Positions 18,622 through 29,200 are shown, counted from the stretch's first letter. The stretch is DNA of 64,000 nucleotides from Parcubacteria bacterium C7867-008 (GCA_001189215.1 LFCR01000006.1:67550-131549); one strand, 5' to 3'. The notes: a model not told the origin generated them from the sequence alone. Made by a program: numbers and translations.

Positions 18622-18641
18622 CAGTCGCTAAACAACTTTAT

Positions 18642-19547
18642 ATGAAAAACATAACAACACCCGCCATTGCTCTTGCAGTACTTCTCGCAACAGCACCATC
18701 TGCAGCATTTGCAGAATCAATGATGACAGCAGAAAGTCAGGGAGGTGGTGATGTGCAGATTGAGAAGCCACACAAGGGCATTGAATTACGTCTTAATGAT
18801 AAGCCAGTAAATAAAGGGAGTGGACCAACTATCAACGTTCGGAGTATCGAACGTGTAAACAGTGAGGAGGTAATGTCACCAGAGAATCCAAGCATAATGC
18901 TGAAGACGAAAGCTGGAGTATCAGCGGATACTGGCGTAGACATGCGTATCCAGAAGCTCAATGATGTTCTCATCCGTCTTGATAAGACTGAGCGCCTTTC
19001 AGACAGCGCACGCGCTTCTATCAAGGCATCAGTTACAGGACAGATTCAGTCTCTTAAGGATGTGAAGGTGAAGATTCAGGCGAACAGCACCAGCACCGTG
19101 AAGGATAAGATGAACACCACCAATCATCCATTCCGTGCTGCAGCACTCGTTCTTCCTAAGGCAGCAATCACCGCAGCGGCAGATCGCATCATGACGATCG
19201 CTGGTCAGATGGAAGCATTCTCTGCAAAGATCGATGCCCGCATCACTGCAGCATCCACCGCAGGAACTGATGTAACAGCAGCACGTGCTGCTCTCACAGA
19301 CTTCAACGCGAAGGTGGCGGATGCTAAGGTTCAGGCACAGGCAGCTATAACACTTATTGCTACTGTCTCAGCAGACAAGGAGGCCGATGAAACAACCTTC
19401 AAGGCTAATGTAGCAGCACTCAAGGAAGCACGAACAAAGATTGATGCTGCACAGGCAGATCTTAAGGCAGCTCGGGAAGATATCGGTAAGATTCTAAAGA
19501 GCATCAAAGGTAAGGGTGAAGTGAAAGCAGAAGGTTCCGTTCGATAA
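18642..19547 (+). CDS. secreted alpha-helical hypothetical protein
   Basis: Signal peptide ending AFAES; Ala/Lys-rich helical C-terminus. Confidence 0.45.
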   Translation: MKNITTPAIALAVLLATAPSAAFAESMMTAESQGGGDVQIEKPHKGIELRLNDKPVNKGSGPTINVRSIERVNSEEVMSPENPSIMLKTKAGVSADTGVDMRIQKLNDVLIRLDKTERLSDSARASIKASVTGQIQSLKDVKVKIQANSTSTVKDKMNTTNHPFRAAALVLPKAAITAAADRIMTIAGQMEAFSAKIDARITAASTAGTDVTAARAALTDFNAKVADAKVQAQAAITLIATVSADKEADETTFKANVAALKEARTKIDAAQADLKAAREDIGKILKSIKGKGEVKAEGSVR

Positions 19548-19561
19548 TACAAAGATATGCA

Positions 19562-19588
19562 CGCCCCGCCTCACACTGAGGCGGGGCG
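19562..19588 (+). terminator. GC-rich hairpin after the secreted protein gene
   Basis: cgccccgcctca-cac-tgaggcggggcg. Confidence 0.5.
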
Positions 19589-19624
19589 TTGCTATACTTG
19601 CCTCATACTCTCTAATGCTGTGTA

Positions 19625-20068
19625 TTGACTATGGATATCGTTATTAATTACTACGCAGTGCTCGGTGCAGGAATAACCGGAGTGATACTGGGTGTACTTT
19701 GGTACGGTCCAATCTTCGGCAAAGCTTGGACCAAGGAAATGGGTGTTACGCCTGAAGAGGTTGCAGCATTCAGGTCCGATAAGAAGAAGATGGCAGCAAT
19801 GAATCGGAACTATGCCTATGTTGCCATTGCGGCACTTGTCATGGCCTTTGTACTCAATTTAGTGATCATGAGTACTTCTGCCTATGTGAAGCCAGATATT
19901 GCTCTTGGCTTCGCATCAGCATTCTGGGTATGGGTAGGCTTTATTGTCCCAGTAACACTTAATGGCGTGTTGTGGGAGGGGAAGAGCAAGAGGTACTGGC
20001 TTATCACCTCTGGTTACTATCTAGTCTCACTCAGCCTCATGAGCGTGATCCTCACGCACTGGATGTAA
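19625..20068 (+). CDS. DUF1761 family membrane protein
   Basis: N-terminus YYAVLGAGITGVILGVLWYGPIFGKAW matches the DUF1761 signature. Confidence 0.5.
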   Translation: MTMDIVINYYAVLGAGITGVILGVLWYGPIFGKAWTKEMGVTPEEVAAFRSDKKKMAAMNRNYAYVAIAALVMAFVLNLVIMSTSAYVKPDIALGFASAFWVWVGFIVPVTLNGVLWEGKSKRYWLITSGYYLVSLSLMSVILTHWM

Positions 20069-20140
20069 AGGGTGTGCTTGAAAAAGAGGGCTTTTTCAAG
20101 TATCGTCTGTATACCTTCGCGGCTTCGGCCGCGTCGGCAT

Positions 20141-20211
20141 TGCGGGATCGTCTAATGGTAGGACTGCGGTTTCTGGTACCGTATATCTAGGTTCGAGTCC
20201 TAGTCCCGCAG
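20141..20211 (+). tRNA. tRNA-Gln (CTG)
   Basis: U1-A72 acceptor (TGCGGGA/TCCCGCA) typical of bacterial tRNA-Gln, D-arm GTCT/GGAC, anticodon arm GCGGT-TTCTGGT-ACCGT, T-arm CTAGG-TTCGAGT-CCTAG. Confidence 0.8.
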
Positions 20212-21813
20212 CAAGCTAGGATTTTTGGAGTAGATTTCTCCAATATCCTTTGTATTTCCTAGTTGGTTCTCTGGTTCTAACCTTGCAGAAACAGCGCGAG
20301 CTTCTTCTGCCATGTTTCTTATCGGAAATAACAGATTATCCAATGAAATGCTCAGTTTTCCGTTGGTTAGTTTGTAGTCCGAACCTAATGCAGAGAAGAT
20401 CTCCTTTTTAACACCAAGGTTCTTGTCTGTATTCGCTTTAGAGAAAACAATCGGTGCCTTCTCTGCAAAGTTAAATCCTCGCTCTGCGATCTCTAGCCAG
20501 TTCTCAACGCGTTTGTCAGTATCCTTTAAGAAAGACCATAGACGATCCTTCTCTGCGAGCAATACTTCTTTACGGCTTCGGAACTCATGTTCATCAATCT
20601 CAGAGTTTGAGCGCATATCAATCAGATTATCTATCTTCTTGAGACATGCGTCATACTCGCGGCGCTGGTTTCCAAACATCTGCTCTCGGTCTGTAATCTC
20701 CTTAGCGTTCATGTCCTTTAAACGAGCTACTGCCCATGTGGTGAACTCAGGGGGGATCTCTAGCTTGCTAAGCTCCTCAACAATCTGCTTCTGTAGTTCC
20801 TGTTCCTCAATGGCTTTCTGTGAGCAGTTAGGATCTTTCCGCTTTGTGCAGTGATAGTAGGTGTAATGAGCCACACCACCATTAGCAAGCTTCTTCCATT
20901 TCTCCTCGCCCGTTATAAGGGCATTACATTCACCGCATCGGATCGGACCACGGAAGGTAATCTCACGCTTTCCTTTAGGGCGGGGATTACTTCTTCTGCC
21001 TAGTAGGAACTGTATGCGATCAAACTCTTCACGCGTCATGAGCGGTTCGTGCGTACCTTGGTACCAAAGACCACTTCCAACAGGGTACTCAAATTCCCCG
21101 TAGTAGAACGGGCGAGTGAATAAGTTGTAGGCATTGCTACGGCTTATTTTCTTTCCGCTTGCTGCGCGTAGACCCCAGTCATTTGTAGCTATCTCTAGGA
21201 TACGGGGTGGCGTGTAATCGCCTGTCAGCATGAGGTCCACCATTTTGCGTAAGAGTGGTAGGCGTTCCGTATCGGTATAGATCCTTTTCTTACCCCGCTC
21301 TTCAAACTTATCGTTCTTATAGCCCAGCGGTGCTGGGGCAGGGTATACACCCATCTTTGCCTTCTGCTCAAGCCCGCGCTTCACATCACGGCCTTTCTTG
21401 GCACTCTCGTACTGCGATTGCGAAAGAGCCATTTGAAGCATCCAAATGCCCTCTGGGGAGTTGTTCTCAAAGTGATAGGTGGCAAACTTAAGATCGCTTA
21501 TCTCTCCTGTACGGAGTGTGTAGGTTATGGCACTTGCGTCTACCTCATTACGGGATAGGCGGTCAGGATGCCATGCCAGAAGCCCGTTGCGCTCTCCTGA
21601 GCGCATTCGTATAAGCATGTCAGCAAACTTAGGGCGATTGTAAGGAATGAAGGCACTGCGCTCCTCCTCAATAAACTCTATATCCAGATCTGCAAACATT
21701 TCAGAAAGCTTCGCCTTTTGTGCGGGTATGGAGAGTGCCTGCTTCTCCTTATCCTCAGAGGACTTTCGGAGATAGGCGAAGTATTTAGGTTTGCTCGTTT
21801 TAGCCATACTCAT
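20200..21813 (-). CDS. large serine recombinase (resolvase catalytic domain, recombinase domain, zinc ribbon)
   Basis: N-terminal YLRKSSEDKEKQ catalytic-Ser region and C-terminal CGECNA...YYHCTKRKD zinc ribbon, typical of phage and ICE large serine integrases. Confidence 0.85.
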   Translation of the reverse strand: MSMAKTSKPKYFAYLRKSSEDKEKQALSIPAQKAKLSEMFADLDIEFIEEERSAFIPYNRPKFADMLIRMRSGERNGLLAWHPDRLSRNEVDASAITYTLRTGEISDLKFATYHFENNSPEGIWMLQMALSQSQYESAKKGRDVKRGLEQKAKMGVYPAPAPLGYKNDKFEERGKKRIYTDTERLPLLRKMVDLMLTGDYTPPRILEIATNDWGLRAASGKKISRSNAYNLFTRPFYYGEFEYPVGSGLWYQGTHEPLMTREEFDRIQFLLGRRSNPRPKGKREITFRGPIRCGECNALITGEEKWKKLANGGVAHYTYYHCTKRKDPNCSQKAIEEQELQKQIVEELSKLEIPPEFTTWAVARLKDMNAKEITDREQMFGNQRREYDACLKKIDNLIDMRSNSEIDEHEFRSRKEVLLAEKDRLWSFLKDTDKRVENWLEIAERGFNFAEKAPIVFSKANTDKNLGVKKEIFSALGSDYKLTNGKLSISLDNLLFPIRNMAEEARAVSARLEPENQLGNTKDIGEIYSKNPSLLRD

Positions 21814-21817
21814 ATCA

Positions 21818-23053
21818 TTATACGGCGAGAACCCAGGACATGCGCGTCATCAGTTGGTATCGCTCAATCCCTGCCTCAATAAAGGCGATGCTGTTTGAAT
21901 ACGGTAGGCCTTTGGTTAGCTCTGAGGCCTCCACAAGCCGTTTGGTTAGCCGTTCTGGGTGGTCTGCGCTCCAAACCCTAGAAATCACCCGCCGGACCTC
22001 TTTAGCCCCATTGTCGCGGATAGCACTTGCCAGTCCATAGGAGATCAAGGCACGGTTCAAGCTGTGAGCATTCCCATGCTTTCTGGCTTCCGTGATTATG
22101 TGAGAGAGCAGTCCCAGATCATCTACTGGGCCAAGGAGAGCAAGTTGATTTTCAGGCCTTTTGATGAGGTCGCGCCATGATTTTAAGAGAATGTTTTTGC
22201 ACAGGTCAGGGGTGAATAGATCCTTAAATTTCACAGATGTTTTAGGGTCTCTGCCTAGGTGGGCGTTTATCTCAGAAAGAACTGCTTGGCCTTTTTTAAC
22301 CCGATATTCGTACCTAAATACCTCATGCTTATCTAAGCCGCATCGCTCTATTAAGGCACGCTCCCGTTCCAATCGTCCTTTGTCCTTGCGTTTTACCATT
22401 GGCCGCATCGCATCTGCGATTTTGTCGTAAAAAACTCTCTCACGAGTGCCGGAGTAGATATGCAGCGATTGGCCACCATGTTTGTACTCTACTTTGGTTA
22501 TATCAACTACCTTGCTCATATCTACACGTCCCAATTCATCTAGAACTTCTTTCATTCTTATCTCGGGAGGGAGTAGGACGTTTTTGCATAAATGAAAAGC
22601 AGAGACCTTCGCATTAGCTAAAACCTCACTCTCAATCTGGATACCCACATCCTCAAGTGCCTTTCTAAGTTTGTAGAGAACCTTCTCAAAATCTGCATCA
22701 GATACCTCCTGCAAGCTATTTCCAAATAGTAGCTTAGGGACTGAAAAGGTGAGTTGGATTGTATAGACCACCTCGTCTCGGTCCCTATTTAATGCCTCAT
22801 AAATCTCAACCTTTGGGAGATACTGCCCTGCGTAAGGAGGGTGAAAAACGAAATGACGCAGATATATTGAAAGAGAGCGCAGCTCTGTAGGAGATAGATC
22901 GTGTATTCGCCGGTTGGTTAGTTCAGGTACGAACCATGACCTGTTCAGGATTTTGAACTTTCTCGGCCCAGTTATCTTGATAATTACGGTATCCATAGGA
23001 ACTTCGTTGTTGTCGGTGTTTTTCAAGGAACCCTGTAAGGGCGATTGCTGCAT
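21818..23053 (-). CDS. hypothetical protein of the integrated element (possible replication or mobilisation function)
   Basis: 411-aa ORF 4 nt upstream of the recombinase; no recognisable motif. Confidence 0.35.
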   Translation of the reverse strand: MQQSPLQGSLKNTDNNEVPMDTVIIKITGPRKFKILNRSWFVPELTNRRIHDLSPTELRSLSIYLRHFVFHPPYAGQYLPKVEIYEALNRDRDEVVYTIQLTFSVPKLLFGNSLQEVSDADFEKVLYKLRKALEDVGIQIESEVLANAKVSAFHLCKNVLLPPEIRMKEVLDELGRVDMSKVVDITKVEYKHGGQSLHIYSGTRERVFYDKIADAMRPMVKRKDKGRLERERALIERCGLDKHEVFRYEYRVKKGQAVLSEINAHLGRDPKTSVKFKDLFTPDLCKNILLKSWRDLIKRPENQLALLGPVDDLGLLSHIITEARKHGNAHSLNRALISYGLASAIRDNGAKEVRRVISRVWSADHPERLTKRLVEASELTKGLPYSNSIAFIEAGIERYQLMTRMSWVLAV

Positions 23054-23391
23054 CAGCGTGCAGCAATAACAGCTTTAATCGCGCGGATAATTGCCTCGTC
23101 AATCTCAAAAGGATATTCGCTGTAAAATTCGGCGCTCACATCTTGGATCTCATCTTCACTGAGCGTGGTAGTGCAATGCGTTGCACTAAGTTCCTGAAGT
23201 TGGAAGCGGGTATATAGGGCTGCAATGGGGTAGCGTCTGGTTAGGTACTGCTCGCCTGATCTGCTTACCGGAACAAGGTTAATACTCTCCATGTGCTCCT
23301 CAGCGGCTTTGCTTTGGGCGTTTAACTCTTCCCAGTTAATAGAACGTATATCCTCCATTGAGGCCGCTGCTAATTCGTCATGCCTTTCCAT
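23053..23391 (-). CDS. hypothetical protein
   Basis: Overlapping co-oriented ORF in the element. Confidence 0.3.
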   Translation of the reverse strand: MERHDELAAASMEDIRSINWEELNAQSKAAEEHMESINLVPVSRSGEQYLTRRYPIAALYTRFQLQELSATHCTTTLSEDEIQDVSAEFYSEYPFEIDEAIIRAIKAVIAAR

Positions 23392-23567
23392 ACGTGTGGT
23401 GGTTTATTGGTAATGCATTCTTTTCCCGCCACAGCACGGCTCATTGCCTCAATAAGGCGAACTAGACGTAGGCCTTTATCTAGCGCTTGCGCCTTAGTGA
23501 TCTCAGTTCCATAGTGCTTTTTCCAAAGCTCTTGAAACTCTGCGATGTCCTTATCGGTCAAAACCAT
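23370..23567 (-). CDS. small hypothetical protein
   Basis: 65-aa co-oriented ORF. Confidence 0.25.
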   Translation of the reverse strand: MVLTDKDIAEFQELWKKHYGTEITKAQALDKGLRLVRLIEAMSRAVAGKECITNKPPHVWKGMTN

Positions 23568-23626
23568 ACTGTTTGCCCAGTATGGTTTCTATAAAATTCC
23601 CCGTGCGGTTTTCGGACTAAATAGGA

Positions 23627-24367
23627 CTATTTCCGACTATTCCTGATATGAGCACCTTTTAAGTCATGTTCTAAAATCTCAATATCCACGCCACTTTTTT
23701 GAAGTTCAGCTATAGATACAGTTTTTCTAAATGTCAGAGTGCTATGTGCGCGCTCAGGGAAGAAAGCTTTAAGGATCTCCCCAGTAAATCCAAGAGCATA
23801 TAGAACTTTAGAAAAGCTTTCTTTGCCCAGTTCCGTTTTCATCATCTCCGGTAGCTTTTCTCGCTCAATACGCTGTCCCGAACGCTCAAACACATACTCA
23901 AGGAACCCCAGGTTCTTGCCCGCACCATGAGGTCTGCTTAATAGATATTTGTTTATGTAGACATTTCTATCTTGGATAGATATGGAAAACTCATTCGTTT
24001 CTTTTTGGGCAATCGCGGGTTCACTGCTGTACTGCGAGTACTCGGAATACATCTCATCAAATTTAGGGAAAAGTATGTCAACTAAAAAGCCCTTAGGATC
24101 AATGTCATTGAACATACCTAGACCTGGACTATCTACTATGCTCCCACGTCTGGTGATGTAATTTTCCCGCACCACCCTGAGTGCCTTCTCGTGCCCAAGT
24201 TTTTTGATGATCTTTATTTGGTTTTGTGCGGAAGGATAGGTTTGATTTGGGTGTTCATGCGCAACTTCGTAAGTTACATATTGATCTTCCGGCGTAAGCA
24301 GGTAGTCCTCTTTTAGGCGCTCAATTACTAACCATATTTCTCTAGCAATTTTCTCCTCTTGGGACAT
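23627..24367 (-). CDS. hypothetical protein
   Basis: 246-aa co-oriented ORF; no motif recognised. Confidence 0.35.
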   Translation of the reverse strand: MSQEEKIAREIWLVIERLKEDYLLTPEDQYVTYEVAHEHPNQTYPSAQNQIKIIKKLGHEKALRVVRENYITRRGSIVDSPGLGMFNDIDPKGFLVDILFPKFDEMYSEYSQYSSEPAIAQKETNEFSISIQDRNVYINKYLLSRPHGAGKNLGFLEYVFERSGQRIEREKLPEMMKTELGKESFSKVLYALGFTGEILKAFFPERAHSTLTFRKTVSIAELQKSGVDIEILEHDLKGAHIRNSRK

Positions 24368-24486
24368 AGATACTTAAAATCTACGCTGTTCTGGGGTCTT
24401 TTCAAATAGCGCTTTCCTCGTGCTATCGTATTGACACAATTGAATAGGGCGGCCTAAACCTGCAGAAACCTTCTCGGGCATGGCCT

Positions 24487-24604
24487 CAAGACCGATCAAG
24501 CATAGAAGACCCGTCATGGGGTTCGCTTGATCGGCCATATCGGGAAACCGGTATGCCCGTGGCGGGTCTTCTGTGTACCGCCTCGGTTTACAAGACCGAT
24601 CAAG
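24487..24604 (+). repeat. compound repeat: 14-bp direct repeat caagaccgatcaag (x2) flanking a 10-bp inverted repeat agaagacccg / cgggtcttct
   Basis: Read directly from the sequence; lies between the element genes and the OB-fold protein gene. Confidence 0.5.
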
Positions 24605-24615
24605 AAAAACTAAAT

Positions 24616-25095
24616 ATGGATACGCAATCTGCGTCTGTTAAGAAGCCACTTCTCAAGCGGTGGTGGGTGTGGGTACTTATCGTACTCGTAATATTTATCA
24701 TCATTGGTTCAATAGGCGGCTCAGACCAAACCAGCTCAACAGGCGGAAGTTCTGAGGCCGCTGCTGTACCTGAACCTGCATTCACTCTCACAGCCATACA
24801 AATGGCTTCTGAGTACAAGGAGAACGAGGTCGCTGCAGATGCAAAGTACAAAGGTAAACTGGTTGAACTCTCAGGCACCGTAGACACAATAGGAAAGGAT
24901 ATTGCTGACACTCCTTTCATTGCGTTTGAAACAGAAAATCAGTACGAGATCATCAATCGTATTCAGTGCATGTTCAAGACGGGAGATACCGAAGCACTGT
25001 CTGCAGTAAGTAAAGGCCAGAAAATAACCCTTCGTGGAACAGTATCCGGCGCGCTCGGCAACATCATTGTTAAGAACTGCGAGATAGTTCAGTAG
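24616..25095 (+). CDS. membrane-anchored OB-fold protein (tRNA_anti-like domain)
   Basis: TM anchor then AIQMASEYKENEVAADAKYKGKLVELSGTV, matching the tRNA_anti-like OB-fold signature. Confidence 0.55.
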   Translation: MDTQSASVKKPLLKRWWVWVLIVLVIFIIIGSIGGSDQTSSTGGSSEAAAVPEPAFTLTAIQMASEYKENEVAADAKYKGKLVELSGTVDTIGKDIADTPFIAFETENQYEIINRIQCMFKTGDTEALSAVSKGQKITLRGTVSGALGNIIVKNCEIVQ

Positions 25096-25130
25096 ACGGA
25101 GATAATACGTTACCCCTCAGAAATTAGAAG

Positions 25131-25197
25131 CTGCAGCCGCTATTGCTGCAGGTTGTTTCTAGTGCAACGCCTTGCACTGCATACCCCCTAGGGGTAT
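25131..25197 (+). promoter_or_regulatory. three consecutive palindromes upstream of csoR, including a CsoR-type operator ATACCCCCTAGGGGTAT
   Basis: ctgcagc...gctgcag (25131..25153), agtgcaa-cgcc-ttgcact (25161..25178), atacccccta/ggggtat (25181..25197); the last resembles known CsoR operators. Confidence 0.55.
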
Positions 25198-25208
25198 TAT
25201 TACCTCTA

Positions 25209-25475
25209 ATGAATATAGAGACCAAAAAACAGCTTCAAAACCGACTTAAGCGTATTGAAGGGCAAATCCGAGGTCTACAGCAATTGGTAGATAAAGACAC
25301 ATACTGTATTGATGTTATTACTCAAACCTCAGCCATTAAAAGCGCCCTATCAGGGGTTGAGGATCTTCTTCTTGAGAACCACTTGGATACCTGTGCTTCT
25401 AGTCAGATAAAGTCAGGGAATATTGCGAAGGCAAAGCAAGAAATTCTGGCCGTCTACCGCCTAAAGCGTAAATAG
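25209..25475 (+). CDS. csoR: CsoR/RcnR-family metal-sensing transcriptional repressor
   Basis: [16 protein letters not shown] and the conserved C...H...C ligand positions (YCIDVI, HLDTC); start moved to ATG 25209. Confidence 0.75.
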   Translation: MNIETKKQLQNRLKRIEGQIRGLQQLVDKDTYCIDVITQTSAIKSALSGVEDLLLENHLDTCASSQIKSGNIAKAKQEILAVYRLKRK

Positions 25476-25476
25476 T

Positions 25477-27771
25477 ATGAGTAATCATCAGACGTACCGG
25501 ATTAAAGGTATGCATTGCGCTTCGTGCGCAGGCATCATTGAGCGTACCGTTAAGAAAGTTGAGGGTGTAGAACACGTTGAAGTGAACTATGGGACAGAGA
25601 CCGCCAAGATCGCTTTTGATGAAGCTAAGACCAATCCCCACTATCTTTCCGAACAGATAAAACCACTTGGATACACACTGGTTATACCTACGGCTGAAAG
25701 TATGAGCATGTCGGCTGATGAACACGCTGCTCATACTGGTTTACGCCAGTCCAAGACAGAGAAGCTTGCTGAGATTAAGGACATGCGTTGGAGGGTTCTT
25801 TCTGTCCTTCCGCTTGCCGCATTCAGCATTTTCGTTATGGGGTGGGAAATGGCTGCACAGTTCGGCTGGATCAATACCATTCCGGAGATTTGGTATGAGT
25901 TCTTTCATCACCTCCTGCCGATCTTCGCTACCTACACCATGGTGGTTGTCGGTAAGCCCTACCTACTCGGCTTCTATCGCTTTGTTCGCTATGGGAAGGC
26001 GAACATGGATACTCTTATCGGTATTGGTACTTCTGTTGCCTTTCTCTACAGCTTCGTCCTCACTGCCTTTGAGGAACCACTTAGGCAGTTTCTCAATGTT
26101 GACCAGACCTACTATGACGTAACCATAGTGGTAATCGCCTTTATTGCATTCGGTAAGTATCTTGAGGCCAAGTCCAAGCTCAGGACAGGCGATGCCATTC
26201 AGAAGCTTCTTGGCCTGCAGGCAAAGACGGCGCTAGTCATGCGCGATGGTATAGAGGTTGAACTCCCTATAGAACAGGTCGTACATGGCGATCTAATTGT
26301 TGTGAAGCCAGGCGGGAAGATACCGGTTGATGGTGTTCTTACAGAAGGCAGTTCTTATGTGGATGAAGCTATGGTTACGGGTGAACCTCTACCTGTAGAG
26401 AAAAGAATAGGAAATGCCGTTGTTGCCGGAACCTTGAATACAAAAGGCCACTTCATATTTAAGGCAACCAAAGTAGGTTCAGAGACCTTACTTGCCAGCA
26501 TCATCAAAATGGTAAGCGAGGCGCAAGGCAGCAAAGCGCCTATTCAAGGACTTGCAGACAAGATCTCTAGCGTCTTTGTCCCCATCGTTCTCGTATTCGC
26601 AGTTCTTGTATTTGCGGCATGGCTGTTCTTTGGCATCCCTACATTGGGCTTTGCACAGGCGCTTACACTCGGCCTCACGTCTTTCGTAGGCATTCTTGTG
26701 ATTGCTTGCCCGTGTGCGCTCGGACTTGCTACGCCTATCGCCGTTATCGTTGGAGTAGGTAAGGGAGCTAGTGAGGGCATTCTTATCAAAGATGCAGCTA
26801 CCCTTCAGAAGCTTAGAAGTGTGAACACGATAGTCGTAGATAAAACGGGTACGATCACAAAAGGTAAGCCAGAAGTAGTTGCTCTAGAGACCTACGACAA
26901 TCACTCGGAAGGAGAAATACTGAGCATACTTGCTTCCCTTGAGAACAAATCTGAACACCCTCTTGCAAGCGCAATTCTTGCGTACGCAAAAGATAAAGGG
27001 GTATCAGCAAGTCCAACTGATACGTTTGAAATTATTGAGGGCAAAGGTGTTAAGGGGTCAGTAGGGGGTACGGAGTATTTTGCAGGAAACCCTAACCTCA
27101 TTAGTGATCTTAAACTTAGCTTTGATAACCAAGTCCTTGAAAGCCATACGACTAAGGGAAGGACACCCGTTTTGCTAGCTTCAAGTAAGGAGGTTATGGG
27201 GCTGGTATTAATAGCGGATGCTCTTAAGCCGGAAGCGGCCACAGCTATTAAGAAGCTGCATGGCATGGGAATTTCAATCGTTATGCTTACAGGCGATAAC
27301 AAACAAACAGCTCTCTCAATAGCTAAAGAGGTAGGTATTGATGATGTGGTAGCTGAGGCGTTGCCGGACGAGAAGCTTAATAAAATCAAAGAACTACAGG
27401 CAGCAGGTCGTGTGGTTGCTATGGCAGGAGATGGTGTAAATGATGCTCCAGCGCTCGCACAAGCGGATGTAGGTATTGCTATGGGAACTGGTACAGATGT
27501 GGCTATTGAAACTGCAGGCATCACGCTTCTCCATGGAGACATTTCAAAGCTGGTAAAGGCAGTACGCCTCTCACGCTTCACTATGGCAGGCATCAAGCAA
27601 AACCTCTTCTGGGCTTTCATATACAACTTGGTGGGGATACCGATTGCTGCGGGTATTCTCTATCCGTTCTTCGGCCTGCTTCTCTCACCGGTGATTGCTG
27701 GGCTGGCTATGGCGCTCTCAAGCGTATCTGTGGTGCTCAACTCACTCCGATTAAAAACCGTTAAGCTCTAA
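25477..27771 (+). CDS. copA: copper-translocating P-type ATPase
   Basis: N-terminal [17 protein letters not shown] motif, DKTGTIT phosphorylation site, GDGVNDAP. Confidence 0.9.
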   Translation: MSNHQTYRIKGMHCASCAGIIERTVKKVEGVEHVEVNYGTETAKIAFDEAKTNPHYLSEQIKPLGYTLVIPTAESMSMSADEHAAHTGLRQSKTEKLAEIKDMRWRVLSVLPLAAFSIFVMGWEMAAQFGWINTIPEIWYEFFHHLLPIFATYTMVVVGKPYLLGFYRFVRYGKANMDTLIGIGTSVAFLYSFVLTAFEEPLRQFLNVDQTYYDVTIVVIAFIAFGKYLEAKSKLRTGDAIQKLLGLQAKTALVMRDGIEVELPIEQVVHGDLIVVKPGGKIPVDGVLTEGSSYVDEAMVTGEPLPVEKRIGNAVVAGTLNTKGHFIFKATKVGSETLLASIIKMVSEAQGSKAPIQGLADKISSVFVPIVLVFAVLVFAAWLFFGIPTLGFAQALTLGLTSFVGILVIACPCALGLATPIAVIVGVGKGASEGILIKDAATLQKLRSVNTIVVDKTGTITKGKPEVVALETYDNHSEGEILSILASLENKSEHPLASAILAYAKDKGVSASPTDTFEIIEGKGVKGSVGGTEYFAGNPNLISDLKLSFDNQVLESHTTKGRTPVLLASSKEVMGLVLIADALKPEAATAIKKLHGMGISIVMLTGDNKQTALSIAKEVGIDDVVAEALPDEKLNKIKELQAAGRVVAMAGDGVNDAPALAQADVGIAMGTGTDVAIETAGITLLHGDISKLVKAVRLSRFTMAGIKQNLFWAFIYNLVGIPIAAGILYPFFGLLLSPVIAGLAMALSSVSVVLNSLRLKTVKL

Positions 27772-27773
27772 TC

Positions 27774-28790
27774 ATGGATACCTACACCTTTCACATTCAA
27801 GGTATGCACTGCAAGTCCTGCATTGCTCTCACAGAAGGAGAGCTGATGGATCTGCCCGAGGTTACTCATGCGCAATCCTCACTCAAGACGCATACCGTGG
27901 ACGTTACTGGTGAGTTTGGCGAACGGACGCCTGAGCAGATCGCGCAGCTCCTTACAGAACCTTTGAAGCGCCATGGATACAGTGTCCATTTGGAAAAACA
28001 GGCGCATAAGGTACGGTGGGCTGATTTCACCTATGCCGTTCCAATAGCGGCTATGTTCGTTGCCGTATTTATCATTCTTCAAAAGCTGGGCATCGTGAAC
28101 CTTGTTGGGGCAGGGGAAATGACTTACACCACGGCCTTTGTCATTGGCCTCGTTGCCTCTGTATCAACCTGTATGGCCGTAGTTGGCGGGCTAGTGCTTT
28201 CAATGTCAGCAAGCTACGCAAAGGAGGGGGAAGCAGTACGTCCGCAGGTGTTGTTCCATATAGGTCGCCTCGCCTCGTTCTTCGTGCTTGGCGGCGTAAT
28301 AGGCGCTATAGGATCAGCGTTTCAGCTCGGAGGGACAGGCACATTTGTTCTTAGCTTCTTTGTTGCAATAATCCTTCTTATTCTCGGTCTCAATCTCCTA
28401 GATATTTTCCCTTGGACCAAGAAGCTTATCCCTACGCTGCCAAGCTCTTTTGGAAAGGGTGTTAGGGGTCTTCAGGGGGCTGCGGGTGTCCTCACACCAC
28501 TCCTTATTGGCGCAGCTACCTTCTTCCTGCCATGCGGCTTCACGCAGTCCATGCAGCTCTACACTCTCACCACTGGCAGCTATCTTGAGGGAGCGTTGAC
28601 GATGTTCATATTTGCCCTTGGAACGCTTCCCGTGCTCGCACTCCTAAGCTTCAGCGCCCTAAGCATTAAGAAGATGCAGACAGGCATGTTCTACAAGACG
28701 GCTGGCCTCGTGGTGATATTCTTCGGTCTCTTTAATCTCATGAACAGCTTGGTTGCTGCAGGACTTATCCAACCACTTATTAGCTTCTAA
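27774..28790 (+). CDS. HMA-domain fused polytopic membrane protein (DsbD_2/TauE-like transporter fold)
   Basis: N-terminal GMHCKSCIALTEGEL metal-binding domain followed by about 6 TM helices with FFLPCGF. Confidence 0.5.
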   Translation: MDTYTFHIQGMHCKSCIALTEGELMDLPEVTHAQSSLKTHTVDVTGEFGERTPEQIAQLLTEPLKRHGYSVHLEKQAHKVRWADFTYAVPIAAMFVAVFIILQKLGIVNLVGAGEMTYTTAFVIGLVASVSTCMAVVGGLVLSMSASYAKEGEAVRPQVLFHIGRLASFFVLGGVIGAIGSAFQLGGTGTFVLSFFVAIILLILGLNLLDIFPWTKKLIPTLPSSFGKGVRGLQGAAGVLTPLLIGAATFFLPCGFTQSMQLYTLTTGSYLEGALTMFIFALGTLPVLALLSFSALSIKKMQTGMFYKTAGLVVIFFGLFNLMNSLVAAGLIQPLISF

Positions 28791-28804
28791 CGTATACTTA
28801 ATTT

Positions 28805-29194
28805 ATGAAAAATTTGCCAATGATCCTCTCGGTCCTCGTAGCTGCTCTGGTGATTGGAGGGGCTATTGTATTTAGCCAGAAACCAGATGGTTCAGGTCAG
28901 GTCGTACAGAATGTCTCTATGGAAGGTGAGAAGCAGATAATTGAAATAGATGCTAAGGGTGGGTACTCTCCTAAGCTCACTACTGCAAAGGCCGGAGTGC
29001 CTACCGTACTTCGTTTAAAGACAAATGGTACCTACGATTGTTCATCAGCGGTGACCATTCCTAGCATTGGGTTCCGTAAGACCCTAGATGCAACTGGTGT
29101 AACTGAAGTTGAAGTACCTTCCAATATTGCACAGGGGACGCTAGAGGGACTATGTTCAATGGGTATGTATAACTTCTCAGTCAAGTTTATTTAA
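28805..29194 (+). CDS. secreted cupredoxin-like copper-binding protein
   Basis: Signal peptide; C-terminal EGLCSMGMYNFSVKF resembles the Cupredoxin_1 C...H/M...M ligand region. Confidence 0.5.
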   Translation: MKNLPMILSVLVAALVIGGAIVFSQKPDGSGQVVQNVSMEGEKQIIEIDAKGGYSPKLTTAKAGVPTVLRLKTNGTYDCSSAVTIPSIGFRKTLDATGVTEVEVPSNIAQGTLEGLCSMGMYNFSVKFI

Positions 29195-29200
29195 GACCTT

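Larger units (their letters stand above)
20141..24367. mobile_element. integrative element (minimum extent) inserted at the 3' end of tRNA-Gln; distal boundary unresolved
   Basis: The large serine recombinase stop overlaps the tRNA-Gln 3' end, followed by four co-oriented uncharacterised genes; no second att copy identified. Confidence 0.45.

Noticed and set aside
25718-27626. Antisense and overlapping ORFs inside copA (25718..26122 +, 26544..26789 -, 26901..27626 -)
   Set aside because: These are embedded in a strongly supported P-type ATPase reading frame. Their compositions (Ser/Pro/Ala/Leu-rich) are typical shadow ORFs.
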